From: Deltaproteobacteria bacterium
GTDB taxonomy: Bacteria > Desulfobacterota_D > UBA1144 > Nemesobacterales > CSP1-2
Reading direction: 5' to 3'
Length of the DNA: 61,627 bases
NCBI GenBank assembly: GCA_052390235.1
Contig: JBQTHB010000009.1
Location: forward strand, 1 to 61,627
A model generated the notes under the pieces. That model made no database searches. It was not told the origin of the DNA and worked only from the letters and a program-made list of their open reading frames with translations. Below are positions 38,638-48,722 of the stretch, one piece after another. Both the position numbers and the translations under genes were made by a program. The stretch's first letter is position 1. Every line of letters starts with the position of its first letter.

Positions 38638-40860
38638 TTACTCTCCCGGAATGTGGACTTCATCCGGGGTTTTTAGGCAGGCTTGAATTTTTAAATCTGG
38701 CTGGAGGCGCACGAAAGCCTTGTCGCAGTCGTCCACAAGCTCTTTGGTATATTTATAAATCTCTTCAGCAAGGGCTTTTGAAGAGGGCGCACCCCTCCAT
38801 TCGATGTATTTATCTTTAACGTCCGACCAATCATGGCAGAGCCACCCCCTCGGGACTATCCGCGCTGTGAACTCGGTGAGTATCTCTTCGTCGTTGTCAA
38901 GCTCGATGCCGTCGAGATAGATATACATCCTCGCGCACTTGGGAAGGGAGTCAAGGCACTTTCTTTGAACCTCCGCCCAGTTCTCCTCTTTCATATCGTC
39001 CTCGGCTTCATATACGTTTCTCACCGAGTCAAATAGGTTCACCGCCATAGTGTCGAGCAGGCTCCCCATGCACTCGCCGCGGGATTCGGCTTCCATCTTG
39101 AAATCCGACTCTATGCCCGGCTCGGCGTAAATGCCGGCGTCGTTTGCATCGGCTTTAGCAAGGGGCGCGAGGAGTCGTCTGAAGGTGTCCGTGCCGACGC
39201 GCTCGGCGAATTGATAAAACTCCTCGCCGTTCTGTTTATTGATCTTCCAAAAATCAACCACGGACTCTACGAAAAGATGCGCGTTTTTCGCCGGCACTTT
39301 ACCTATAACGCTCCCGTACTTCTCCATCTGCCTAAACGGATTGCCCCCGACCATCACGACGTAGTGGGGGGCTAACTTCCCCGATACTTTTGACGATGCG
39401 CCGTAGAATCCTACATCCCCCACGTGGTGCTGTCCACAGCTATTGGGGCATCCTGAAATATTCACCCGCACGCCCGCTAAATCCTTCACCCTCTCTCCGA
39501 TGAACCGCGCGAGGTTATAGGGGTGCGTAACGGCGAGTTTGCACGAATACGCCCCGGGGCAGGAGATGATTTCCCTCATTGCCTCGTTTATGCCGCCCAT
39601 AAATCCGCGCTCTTTGAGTGTTAGGTAGATGTCATAAAGGAACTCCTCGCCAACCCAAGGGATGAGGAGTTTCTGATTCGGGGTAATGCGCAGATGCCCC
39701 GCGCCGTAGGAGTCGGCAAGGGAGGCGATGAATCTATATTCTTCTGGGCTGAGGTTTCCAATGGCGGGCTTTACATAGACGCCAAAATAGCCCGCGTGTT
39801 TCTGTTTAAATGTGTATTTATCGAGGAACAGCCTATAGAGCGCGTCGCTTGAATCCGGCGCGTGGGAAGGGGAAGTTAGGCGTTTTGCGTTCACATCTCC
39901 GCCCTCTCTACCGCTCTTTACAGGGGCGGATACGGGGAAGTTTTGAATATATTTCTCAAGGTCGTCGCCTACGGGTTTGAGCCTCTTAAGGCGCTCAAAT
40001 TCGGTCAGGACGAGGGATTTAAACCTCTCAAAACCGATTCTGGCTACGAGAAATTTGATGCGCGCCTTGTTCCGATTCTTGCGCTCATCGCCGCCGTATT
40101 CATGAAACACCCTTATTATCGCCTCGGCAAGCGGGTAGAACTCATGCACGGGGACAAAATCCGCTATCACTTTTGCGTAAAATGGAATCGCTCCCAATCC
40201 CCCGCCGACATAGACCTTAAACCCGTGGACGTCTCTGCCGTTTTTTCTAATCTGAGAAATGCATCCGAGGTCGTGTATTTTTACCATCGCATGGTCGGCT
40301 TCGCTCTCGGAGAAGGCGATTTTGAATTTTCTAGGGAGGGTCGTCGTGAGCGCGTGCCTGAGGAAATACCTCTGAGTATAGAAGACATAGGGCGTGGGGT
40401 CGAAGATTTCATCCTCCGAGATGCCGGACAGGGGCGATGCGGTGATGTTTCTCACTGTGTTGCCGCAGGCTTCGCGCGTTGTGAGTCCCGTCTTTGCAAG
40501 CACTCTCAGAAGCGAGGGAACGTCTTTAAGTTTTACGTAGTGCAGTTGGATGTCCTGCCTCGTGGTGAGGTGTCCGTGCCCGGAGCCTGCGTATTTTTCG
40601 ACCCCTTCAGCTACGGCTAATAGCTGTTCGGAGGTGATAAAGCCGCTCGGCACTTTTATGCGTATCATGTGTATGCCTTCGGTTTCGTGCCTCACCCCAT
40701 ATGTGCCGAACAGCAGGCGGTAGGACCTAAACCTCTCCGGGTGTATCTCGCCGCTGTAGAGCTTGCCTATTACGTCCTCGAATTCGTCAATCTCCTTGTA
40801 TATATCGGAGCCGTTGTGCAAATCAATCTGCTCCCATATTTTTACTTCTCCTGCGCTCAT
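38638..40860 (-). CDS. Siroheme/4Fe-4S nitrite/sulfite reductase hemoprotein with C-terminal extension
   Basis: TTRQDIQLH, CGNTVRN, LPRKFK, CPGAYSCKLA and SGCPNSCGQH motifs. Confidence 0.93.
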   Translation of the reverse strand: MSAGEVKIWEQIDLHNGSDIYKEIDEFEDVIGKLYSGEIHPERFRSYRLLFGTYGVRHETEGIHMIRIKVPSGFITSEQLLAVAEGVEKYAGSGHGHLTTRQDIQLHYVKLKDVPSLLRVLAKTGLTTREACGNTVRNITASPLSGISEDEIFDPTPYVFYTQRYFLRHALTTTLPRKFKIAFSESEADHAMVKIHDLGCISQIRKNGRDVHGFKVYVGGGLGAIPFYAKVIADFVPVHEFYPLAEAIIRVFHEYGGDERKNRNKARIKFLVARIGFERFKSLVLTEFERLKRLKPVGDDLEKYIQNFPVSAPVKSGREGGDVNAKRLTSPSHAPDSSDALYRLFLDKYTFKQKHAGYFGVYVKPAIGNLSPEEYRFIASLADSYGAGHLRITPNQKLLIPWVGEEFLYDIYLTLKERGFMGGINEAMREIISCPGAYSCKLAVTHPYNLARFIGERVKDLAGVRVNISGCPNSCGQHHVGDVGFYGASSKVSGKLAPHYVVMVGGNPFRQMEKYGSVIGKVPAKNAHLFVESVVDFWKINKQNGEEFYQFAERVGTDTFRRLLAPLAKADANDAGIYAEPGIESDFKMEAESRGECMGSLLDTMAVNLFDSVRNVYEAEDDMKEENWAEVQRKCLDSLPKCARMYIYLDGIELDNDEEILTEFTARIVPRGWLCHDWSDVKDKYIEWRGAPSSKALAEEIYKYTKELVDDCDKAFVRLQPDLKIQACLKTPDEVHIPGE

Positions 40861-41403
40861 AACTGACCTCCTTAATTTGAATAGAACAAAGCACGGTAGA
40901 GCGAGCTAACATTGTCTCTACCTGGTGTAGATAGAGATTGTATAATGAATAAGGGTAAATAGCAACACTTCTGGCGGGCAAATCCCCGCGCCCCCAAGCC
41001 GCTATACTCTATCAATTGAGACGCCGATTTAAACTATGAGGATTCGCCAGCGCGCCAAGTTGTGAGTGGGCGGCGTTCGCTGTTATACGCCCGCCACTGA
41101 CGAGAGGGGATCATTAAAAGTGGTTGAATATCCATCGCGGTAAATCAAAATCGCAGTGGCTTTGATGCTAAGTCTGGCGGCTAATATAAACCGATAATAA
41201 TACTTATGTTAAATAGTGTCTCCTAAGCGCGCCGATAGCCCTCGTATAAAATCAAATCCATAAAAATAATGACTCAATCCCCTAAGCCACCCCTCCGGCG
41301 GATAACGCCCCCAATTCTCTCCTGCCTCCTCTTTGCGCACACTTGACGAAAAGGCAGATTTAATGAAATATCTACCATCTCACGCGCTCTCTGGGAGAGA
41401 GTC

Positions 41404-43374
41404 ATAAAATTAAACGCGCTCGGTGAGTTATTAACTGTTGCATTTCTGATTCTCGCGGCGGCATTTTTCACTGCCTGCGGCGGCGGGGATTCCTCCGTGG
41501 GTAGAAAGCTCTTCGTGGTCAACTCCCACGGCAACAGCGTCTCCGTGTTTGATGTAGATGACGTATTAGCCCGATTTGCCGCCGGTGAAGGGGTTGCCGA
41601 TGTCGCTCCCGTGCGGATGATAGCCTCGATGGCGGGGATTGCCTCGCCTCAGGGTGTGTTCGTTGATGCCGTGAATGATGAGATATTCGTTGCCAATTCC
41701 GCCGATAGCTCGGTCAGGGTCTATGACAGAACGGCAAGCGGAGACGCCGCGCCGATGAGAGTCATCGCGGGATTTGATACGGAGCTATTTTCTCCGCAGG
41801 GGGTATTTGTTGATACGCTCAACAACGAGATATTTGTCGTCAACCTGAGCAATGTAATCACTATTTATGACAGAGACGCAGAGGGCAACCGCCCTCCCAA
41901 GCGCAGAATATTCACCGAGTCATTTAATCTGCAACTCGCCGTCTCGGTTGATGCCGCCCGCAACGAGGTATTCGTAACCGGCTACGATTTCTCCGATGAA
42001 ACCGCTAAGGTATTAATTTTTGACCGCCAGGCAGACAGCGGCGGCGGACTTCCCCTGAATATTCCCCCAAAAGCCGTTATAGAGATTCCCGGCAGAACGA
42101 GCGAGGGGTTTCCATTTCTCTCGGTATCAATCTTCTACGACCCTCAACGCGGCGAGCTTTTTGTTCTAAACACCGCGATATTTAGCCAAACCGGCGGAGT
42201 CTCGCTGCCTGTGCCGGGATTAGAGGCGTTTCCGGTGCAGAGAACCCCAGACGGCTCCATCCAAATCTATACTAGAGCGGGGGACGGCACATTCGCCCTC
42301 CGGCAGGAGATTCGAGGCCCCGAAACCGGACTGCTCATCCCCTTTGATATATCCGTTAACACGGAGACGGGCGAGATATTTGTAGCCAATTTTTTCGATA
42401 ACACTGTTACGGTCTATGCCCAGCAGGACGGGATTTATCTCAACGAGCCGAGCCGAGCGCTTCGTACGGGGGATTTCGGCAATTCGAGCGCGCGCCGCCC
42501 CCGTTTTAATTTATCCTCGCTGTTTTTCGATACTCTAAACGGGGAGCTTGCCGTAGCCGCCGAAAGCGGCACAGTGTCCGTCTATAGGGAAACCGATTCG
42601 GGGCGCGCCTTGCCTCAGAGGGTTATCGGACAGAGCGCGGGGCTTTCTGCTCCACGCTGGATTTCCCTTGACGCCGCCCGCGGCGAGATATATGTGAGCA
42701 ATTTCGCAAGCGGTCAAATCACGGTTTATCCGATGGCAGGCGGCTCGCGCCCGCTCAGAGTAATATCCATTGAACCCCGTCTGCTATCGGGCGGGATAGC
42801 CTACGACCCAGACGAGGACGTCCTTTTCGTTGCCAATCAGCTCAGTGGAAACGATGGCGGCTTTATAGATTTTATCTCTGCATACAGGACGGCGGATGGC
42901 GTGCCTATAAGAAATCTGTCCGGCGCTGACACTCATTTGGGCGACCCTCAGGGCATATCTATTGACGGGGACAGGCTCTTCGCCGCTAATATCTTCGCCG
43001 ACAGCGTTACGGTTTATGATAAATCCGCCGCGGGTAACGCCCCTCCTATAGCCGTTATCCGCGAAGATGAGTTCTCGTTTCCATCCGCAGTTTTTGCAGA
43101 TTCAGAAAATATTTTCATCACCAATTTCTTAGGCGAATCCGTCTCGGTTTATGGCAGCGCGGATACTGGCACGAGACTAGCGTTAATTCGGGAGGGACTG
43201 CGAAGCCCTGCCGGCATATTCGCCGACGATGAGAATATCTACGTTGCCAACGCCGCGGACAACTCAGTAGCAATCTATAGGAGAGCCGCCCCGTTCCCGC
43301 TCGCGGGGATTATTCGAGGCGAGAGAGCAGGCTTATTTTTCCCCGTGGGCATCGCCGTAGCCAATACGCCTTAA
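41404..43374 (+). CDS. Beta-propeller (NHL-like) repeat lipoprotein; probable start upstream of the GTG at 41497
   Basis: Repeated PxGxxVD..EIFVAN..SVxVY units; in-frame signal peptide and lipobox FTA-C-GGG upstream of 41497. Confidence 0.8.
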   Translation: MKLNALGELLTVAFLILAAAFFTACGGGDSSVGRKLFVVNSHGNSVSVFDVDDVLARFAAGEGVADVAPVRMIASMAGIASPQGVFVDAVNDEIFVANSADSSVRVYDRTASGDAAPMRVIAGFDTELFSPQGVFVDTLNNEIFVVNLSNVITIYDRDAEGNRPPKRRIFTESFNLQLAVSVDAARNEVFVTGYDFSDETAKVLIFDRQADSGGGLPLNIPPKAVIEIPGRTSEGFPFLSVSIFYDPQRGELFVLNTAIFSQTGGVSLPVPGLEAFPVQRTPDGSIQIYTRAGDGTFALRQEIRGPETGLLIPFDISVNTETGEIFVANFFDNTVTVYAQQDGIYLNEPSRALRTGDFGNSSARRPRFNLSSLFFDTLNGELAVAAESGTVSVYRETDSGRALPQRVIGQSAGLSAPRWISLDAARGEIYVSNFASGQITVYPMAGGSRPLRVISIEPRLLSGGIAYDPDEDVLFVANQLSGNDGGFIDFISAYRTADGVPIRNLSGADTHLGDPQGISIDGDRLFAANIFADSVTVYDKSAAGNAPPIAVIREDEFSFPSAVFADSENIFITNFLGESVSVYGSADTGTRLALIREGLRSPAGIFADDENIYVANAADNSVAIYRRAAPFPLAGIIRGERAGLFFPVGIAVANTP

Positions 43375-43558
43375 GCCGTATCGCTCTGCCGCAACAACTA
43401 TCTATGCGGCATCTGCAGCGCGCCCTCCCTTAGCTCTGCTGGTTAATTGCATTTATATACGCTGATTCTATCTTCGAGCCGCGACGGGGATTTTAGATTA
43501 AAGAAGACGTTTAAATTAGCGGCCTCGGATGCGCCTTGGGGCAATACTCGCGCCCGTA

Positions 43559-43586
43559 TTGACTTAATTCGCCGCGCGTCTATAAT
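43559..43586 (+). promoter_or_regulatory. Sigma70-type promoter
   Basis: TTGACT-16 nt-TATAAT, 33 nt upstream of the ATG at 43620. Confidence 0.6.
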
Positions 43587-43619
43587 CGAGTTAATTTGCG
43601 CAGTTACAGGACATTTTTA

Positions 43620-45953
43620 ATGCCAAACCCCATTCCGTGGCTCAAACGCCGTATCCTCGCTCTGTTTTTATTATTGATGCTCTCTGCCGCCTGCGGGGCC
43701 GAATTTCTGGCGCTTCTCCTCACCGGGGGCCCCGGAGGGCTTCCCATTATTCTGGTGTTTATTGTCCCCGGGGCGAGACAGTTCGTGGCAACATCGAGCC
43801 ATCCCTTGGTGCGATACCTCGCCGAGCCTCAAATCGTCGCCATAACCCACGAGGGATGCGAAATTCCCCCCAGGGCTTACGTTACCAATCTGCGGGGCGA
43901 CTCCGTCTCGGTCATTGACATCGCTTCGGACACCGTCGTCGAGACCATACCCGTCGGCGCAAACCCCTTCGCCATAGCCATCACGCCCGACTGTTCAAAG
44001 GCTTATGTAGGAAATTTCGGAAGCCGCTTCAGCAACGAGCGGGGTACGGTCTCGGTAATTGATTTGAGACGCAACACAGTCATCGCCGCAGTTCCCGCTG
44101 GCTTCAATCCCGGAGCGATAGCGATAATACCAAGCGGCGAGAAGGTCTATGTCGCCAATTCCGGTTTCGGAATGCCGGACAACACCGTCTCTGTAATAGA
44201 TACTGCCTCCGACAGAGTTATAAAAACTATCGTCGTAGGATTTAGGCCCGGCGCGATAGCCCTAACCCCCGGCGGCAGGGCTTACGTAACTAACCAGAGC
44301 GACGGTACGGTCTCCGTGATTGACACGGCGGCGGACTCCCTCGTAGCCACTATTAGGGTTGGAAACGAGCCTGCGGGCGTCGCCGTTATACCCACGGGCG
44401 AGAGGGTCTATGTCGCCAACCGCGCGAGCGACACGGTTTCGGTAATTGATGTCGCCACGAACTCCCTAATAGCCGAAATCCCCGTAGGCACGGAGCCGCT
44501 AGTGGTTGCGGCGAATCCAAAGGGGCGGAGGGTTTATGTAGCCAATGCGAGCCCCAACGACGTAAGCGGCAACTCCGTCTCGGTCATAGACGCTCTTAAC
44601 AACACGGTTGTCGAGACCATCCCCGTTGGGAACATCCCCATTGCGATAGGCATCACTCCCGACGGCAACAGAGCCTATGTGAGTAACTGCAACTGCGGGG
44701 TGGCGAATCCCAGAGTCCCCGATACGGTCTCGGCGCTTGACCTAGAGAGGGACGTAGAACTAAAGCGAATCCAAGTCGGATTTGGCCCGCTTGGGCTTGC
44801 CCTAACCCCTGACGGCAAAAAGGTCTATGTGCCGAACTCTAACGGCAGTAGCGTATCGGTAATTGACACGGCGCAGGACGCGCTATCGGCGACGATTCCC
44901 GTAGGCTCAGGTCCGGCTCAGCTTGCAATATCCCCCGACAATAGCCGAATTTACGTGAGCAATTTCAAGAACCCCGACTTTCCGGGCAACACCGTCTCGG
45001 TCATCAATTCCGCCTCAGCCGCCGTCGTGGATGAAATAACGGTTGGACTGGGGCCCGTGGGAGTGGTAGCGCCCGCCGCCGTGGGGAAATTATACGTAGC
45101 CAATTTCGGGAGCATCATAGAGCCGGGAAACACGGTCTCAGTCGTGGATACGGCGACAAACCTGGAGATTAAAAAAATCGCCGTTGGAGTGGGTCCCATC
45201 GCCGTAGCCGCCTCCCCAGGGTTTGTCTATATAGCCAATTTCGGGAGCGCGGAGGGCGTCGGCGACACGGTTTCAGTGATTGACACCACGGCGGACGAGG
45301 TCGTTGCCACCATCCAAGTTGGCAGGGGCCCCGCGGGATTAGCCCTATCCCCGAATGGCGAGAGGCTCTACGTCGCCCAATTGGGGGGAGTTGGCCCCAG
45401 CGCCGGTAGCTCCATCACGGTGGTTGATACGGCAACGAATACGGTTGTTGATACGATAACTCTTGACTGCGGCGTAAATATAAACAACGAGCCGGTTTCC
45501 TGCGGGCCCATTGGCATAGCCGTCTCGCCCGACGGGCTAAGGGGGTTTGTCGCAAGCTACGGCTCTATACGCTCGGCTATAGATTTCGACGCAGGGGGCA
45601 GGGTCTCGGAGCTTGATTTGTCAAATAACACGGTTGCCGGGGAGACGCTACTCGAGGGCGCGGGATTATCCGGCATTGCCCTAACCCCGGATGGCCGCAG
45701 GATTTTAGCCAATAATTCAGACATTGTGCGGAGAGTCGTACTCGGTATCAGCGTGATTAATCCGGGAACGTCGGTCTCATCGCTGAGTTCAGCCGGCGCA
45801 TCTCTAGGGGCGATTCCGGTCGGCAACAGGCCCCTCGGCATAGCGGTAACATCGGACGGGGCGCGGGCTTATGTAGCCAATTATTTCAGCAACACGGTCT
45901 CAGTCGTGGACGTTGCGGCGAACGCGGTTATTCAAGTGATACCGATAAGATAG
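43620..45953 (+). CDS. YVTN-type beta-propeller repeat protein (YncE-like), membrane-anchored or secreted
   Basis: More than a dozen YV(T/A)N....TVSVID...I.VG..P repeats; hydrophobic N-terminus with LSAAC. Confidence 0.92.
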   Translation: MPNPIPWLKRRILALFLLLMLSAACGAEFLALLLTGGPGGLPIILVFIVPGARQFVATSSHPLVRYLAEPQIVAITHEGCEIPPRAYVTNLRGDSVSVIDIASDTVVETIPVGANPFAIAITPDCSKAYVGNFGSRFSNERGTVSVIDLRRNTVIAAVPAGFNPGAIAIIPSGEKVYVANSGFGMPDNTVSVIDTASDRVIKTIVVGFRPGAIALTPGGRAYVTNQSDGTVSVIDTAADSLVATIRVGNEPAGVAVIPTGERVYVANRASDTVSVIDVATNSLIAEIPVGTEPLVVAANPKGRRVYVANASPNDVSGNSVSVIDALNNTVVETIPVGNIPIAIGITPDGNRAYVSNCNCGVANPRVPDTVSALDLERDVELKRIQVGFGPLGLALTPDGKKVYVPNSNGSSVSVIDTAQDALSATIPVGSGPAQLAISPDNSRIYVSNFKNPDFPGNTVSVINSASAAVVDEITVGLGPVGVVAPAAVGKLYVANFGSIIEPGNTVSVVDTATNLEIKKIAVGVGPIAVAASPGFVYIANFGSAEGVGDTVSVIDTTADEVVATIQVGRGPAGLALSPNGERLYVAQLGGVGPSAGSSITVVDTATNTVVDTITLDCGVNINNEPVSCGPIGIAVSPDGLRGFVASYGSIRSAIDFDAGGRVSELDLSNNTVAGETLLEGAGLSGIALTPDGRRILANNSDIVRRVVLGISVINPGTSVSSLSSAGASLGAIPVGNRPLGIAVTSDGARAYVANYFSNTVSVVDVAANAVIQVIPIR

Positions 45954-46016
45954 AGGCGGCTACTCTCTCAGGACGGGGGGGCTGTGTCCACCCCCATTCA
46001 CAGTAGCCGATACGCC

Positions 46017-46238
46017 CTAAAGGCAGGTATTCGCAGGACACACCGATTTGCAGCAACAACTCTTGCAACTTTCCAGTGTAGGGGCTGTGCGGCATGTCTG
46101 GCACGCGTTTCTTCTATTTAGGTTTGTGCAGGGCTGAGAGCACGTAAGAAGCGACGCCGCTACTCCCCTCTCTCTCATGCGGTACAGCCTCGCTCTCCTG
46201 CCTCTTTGAACCCCTCTTGCGAGTTTGGGTAGTCTCAT
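46017..46238 (-). CDS. Cys-rich small protein, putative RiPP-like precursor (29-aa leader ending GVAAS plus 44-aa, 10-Cys core)
   Basis: RBS AAGGAGG 5 nt before ATG; directly downstream of the PatA/PatG-like protease. Confidence 0.75.
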   Translation of the reverse strand: MRLPKLARGVQRGRRARLYRMRERGVAASLLTCSQPCTNLNRRNACQTCRTAPTLESCKSCCCKSVCPANTCL

Positions 46239-46347
46239 TGCCGCCTCCTTAGGTCTAGTATGTTTTTTATTTACTTCAAAAGAGCTTGCCATTTTGAGCC
46301 ATGAAATCGAGACTCGATATGACAGACAAATTAGCCCCTCTTGCCCA

Positions 46348-48261
46348 TCAGCGCACACGAAATGAGCGTTGGTCGCCCAAGTTCACCGGCACAACGTCGC
46401 TCACATCCACGGTGTAAATATAGACTTTTCTAGCCTTTTGCGTGTTCTGCGCATCGAAAAAATAGAACTTAACGTCCATGCAAACTGAATCCACGCGGCA
46501 TACGGGGCTTGGCGCGACTTCTATTGCATCTAGGGCGAGCTCATTGTTAATAGCATCTTGGATAATCTCGGATGTCGGAAGTATATTTGTGAGCGTATAG
46601 TTTATCGCCCTATCCTCGGCGGATATGCCTAGATTGCGATATTCGTAATAAACCCTGTCGAGACATTCGACAAAACTCCTCTCCCTTTCCAAGTAGCTCT
46701 CTTTCTCATCTTCCGGCGAGTCTTCCGGCGATATTTCCCCCATAACCAGTTTCACGAGATGCTCGACGCTCCAGCTGGACATCCCCCTAGGCTCGGCGGC
46801 AATGACAGGCACCGTCTGCCCGGTCGAGAGACTAGTTTGCCCGACGATATAGCCCGCAATGGCTACTCGGTCAATCTCCTCGTGTTCATGCGGTTCGGGG
46901 TTGTCGCAGATGCCGTACTGGTCGCCAAGAAACTCCCGAAGCCGCTCATATACGACGCTCCCGAACACGCCGCGCCCTTCAATTGCATAAATTGTCGTAT
47001 CATCGAGTTCGAGCGTCCAAGTAACCGATGCCGCTTCATGGGGATTCTCATCCAAATATCTGATTAGGTCTTCCGGGTCATAAGGGTCGTTCGCCTCAGG
47101 ATTCATATTCTGAGTGATGGAGTCGGCGCGGGCTTCCGTGCCAAAATCGTATCCTATAGCGCCGAGGGCAAACACAAGTTGGCGGGTGTGGCTGTGCTTG
47201 TCGTGGCAGTGGCATTCTCCCCCGCTTTCTCCGCACCCACAGCCCGAAGACGGCTCGATGCCGCTTGGGGCGATGGCCCTGCCATGACTGGCAATTTTAT
47301 CTAACGGCGCTGTCCCCGAATGATGGCTCTTTATTGTTTTCATATTGATTTTTCCCCCTTCAATAATAGTATTCATAGCTCCAAGAATATTAAGCCGCCC
47401 CGCTAAGAGGCGGCTGCAGTCCCGCGTTTTCATCTCTGCGCACCCAATAGCCGATTCGAGTATCGCTTTTTTGACGGCTTCGGGATTGGGCTTCATCCCG
47501 TATTTGATCTGGAGGCTCAGCAGAAGCGCGGCAACCCCCGACACCACAGGCGCCGCATAGCTCGTGCCGCTCTGAGTCGCAGAGCCGCCGCCCGCAGTTG
47601 CCCCCGGAATATCCACTCCCGGAGCCAGCACCCCGCGCAAGCGGTATTTTGCGCCCCAGTTGCTGAATTTGGCCGGCTCGCCCTGCCAATCCATTGCCCC
47701 AACGACGAGCGTCTCCGGCATAGCGGCTGGGATATGATGGTACGCGCCCCCGTCGTTTCCTGCGGCGGCGATGACGAGAGCGCCGCGCTTTTGGCATCTT
47801 CCAATAACGCTGGCAAGTATAGGGCTTGTAACAGACGCGTCCGAAAGCTCCCCGCCGCTGATGTTGATAACACTTGCTCCGGCTTCAAGGGCTTGGGTAA
47901 TTGCCCGCGCTAGGTCAAGCTCGGAGGCAACGCTTATTCCGCCTCTGGCGCTGTCCTGAAACACCGGCGCGATAATCCCCCGGCAGAGCGGGGCTATACC
48001 CCAAATGCCGCCCGTGTGATTGCCAAAAATGAGGCTCGCAACGTGAGTGCCGTGCCGAAGAGAGTGTCCCCCCCGAATTGCGGCGTCCGAGGCGAGGGTT
48101 TTAATCTCGGCTAAATTTGCCCCGGCGAGGCTCGGATGAGACATATCGGCGCGCCCGTCGAGAATTGCCACGCTGATTCGGGGGTCGCCTAGGGTTTCAG
48201 CCCAAAGCTCCCTAAGACCGAGGATTTCTCCGATGCCGCCTGCGTTTGTTTCATCGCTCAT
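46348..48261 (-). CDS. PatA/PatG family S8 subtilisin protease with PatG C-terminal domain
   Basis: Triad VAILDG/HGTHVAS/GTSYAAP; ELDLARAI, LAGRLNI; C-terminal VFALGAIGYDFGTEARADS, YYEYRNLG and YTVDVSDVVPV. Confidence 0.92.
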   Translation of the reverse strand: MSDETNAGGIGEILGLRELWAETLGDPRISVAILDGRADMSHPSLAGANLAEIKTLASDAAIRGGHSLRHGTHVASLIFGNHTGGIWGIAPLCRGIIAPVFQDSARGGISVASELDLARAITQALEAGASVINISGGELSDASVTSPILASVIGRCQKRGALVIAAAGNDGGAYHHIPAAMPETLVVGAMDWQGEPAKFSNWGAKYRLRGVLAPGVDIPGATAGGGSATQSGTSYAAPVVSGVAALLLSLQIKYGMKPNPEAVKKAILESAIGCAEMKTRDCSRLLAGRLNILGAMNTIIEGGKINMKTIKSHHSGTAPLDKIASHGRAIAPSGIEPSSGCGCGESGGECHCHDKHSHTRQLVFALGAIGYDFGTEARADSITQNMNPEANDPYDPEDLIRYLDENPHEAASVTWTLELDDTTIYAIEGRGVFGSVVYERLREFLGDQYGICDNPEPHEHEEIDRVAIAGYIVGQTSLSTGQTVPVIAAEPRGMSSWSVEHLVKLVMGEISPEDSPEDEKESYLERERSFVECLDRVYYEYRNLGISAEDRAINYTLTNILPTSEIIQDAINNELALDAIEVAPSPVCRVDSVCMDVKFYFFDAQNTQKARKVYIYTVDVSDVVPVNLGDQRSFRVR

Positions 48262-48327
48262 TTGCGCTCCATTGCAGGGGAATACTACCTGTTAAACGCA
48301 GAGGATGCGCCCGCACGACGCGCCTTT

Positions 48328-48681
48328 TTAGGCAGCTGCCTCTTTTGGGTTGGCGCCGTATTGATTTTGGCCTGGTTTGCCGTCTTGAGCCATAAAAACA
48401 ATCAACACCACCGCGCCAATCAGGGGGACAAGCCCAAGGAGAAGCCACCAGCCGCTCCGGTCTGTATCGTGGAGCCGCCGCATCGCTACGGCTATTCCTG
48501 GAACGAGGGTCGCCAATCCGTAGAGCATACCTAGCGCGCCGGGACCGCCCACTATACCCTCGACGATACCAAGACCGAAGGCGATGATTAGGTTAAACAA
48601 GAAAAACATCCAGTACTCTGCTCTACTTGCTCTGCCACTGAAAACTGCGTATTTTTTTAAAACAGCCAAATACCAGTTCAT
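48328..48681 (-). CDS. DUF805 (YhaH-like) membrane protein
   Basis: FSGRASRAEYW, RRLHDTDRSGWW and NQYGANP motifs. Confidence 0.95.
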   Translation of the reverse strand: MNWYLAVLKKYAVFSGRASRAEYWMFFLFNLIIAFGLGIVEGIVGGPGALGMLYGLATLVPGIAVAMRRLHDTDRSGWWLLLGLVPLIGAVVLIVFMAQDGKPGQNQYGANPKEAAA

Positions 48682-48722
48682 TGTGCCGTCTCCCGCGTTG
48701 TGTGTATTAACTACATCTGCCC

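Noticed and set aside
46239..46358. 40-aa upstream extension of the Cys-rich peptide ORF
   Set aside because: The perfect RBS precedes ATG 46238.
46017..48261. Complete cyanobactin cluster
   Set aside because: No YcaO/PatD, PatF, oxidase or PatE with AYDG follower.
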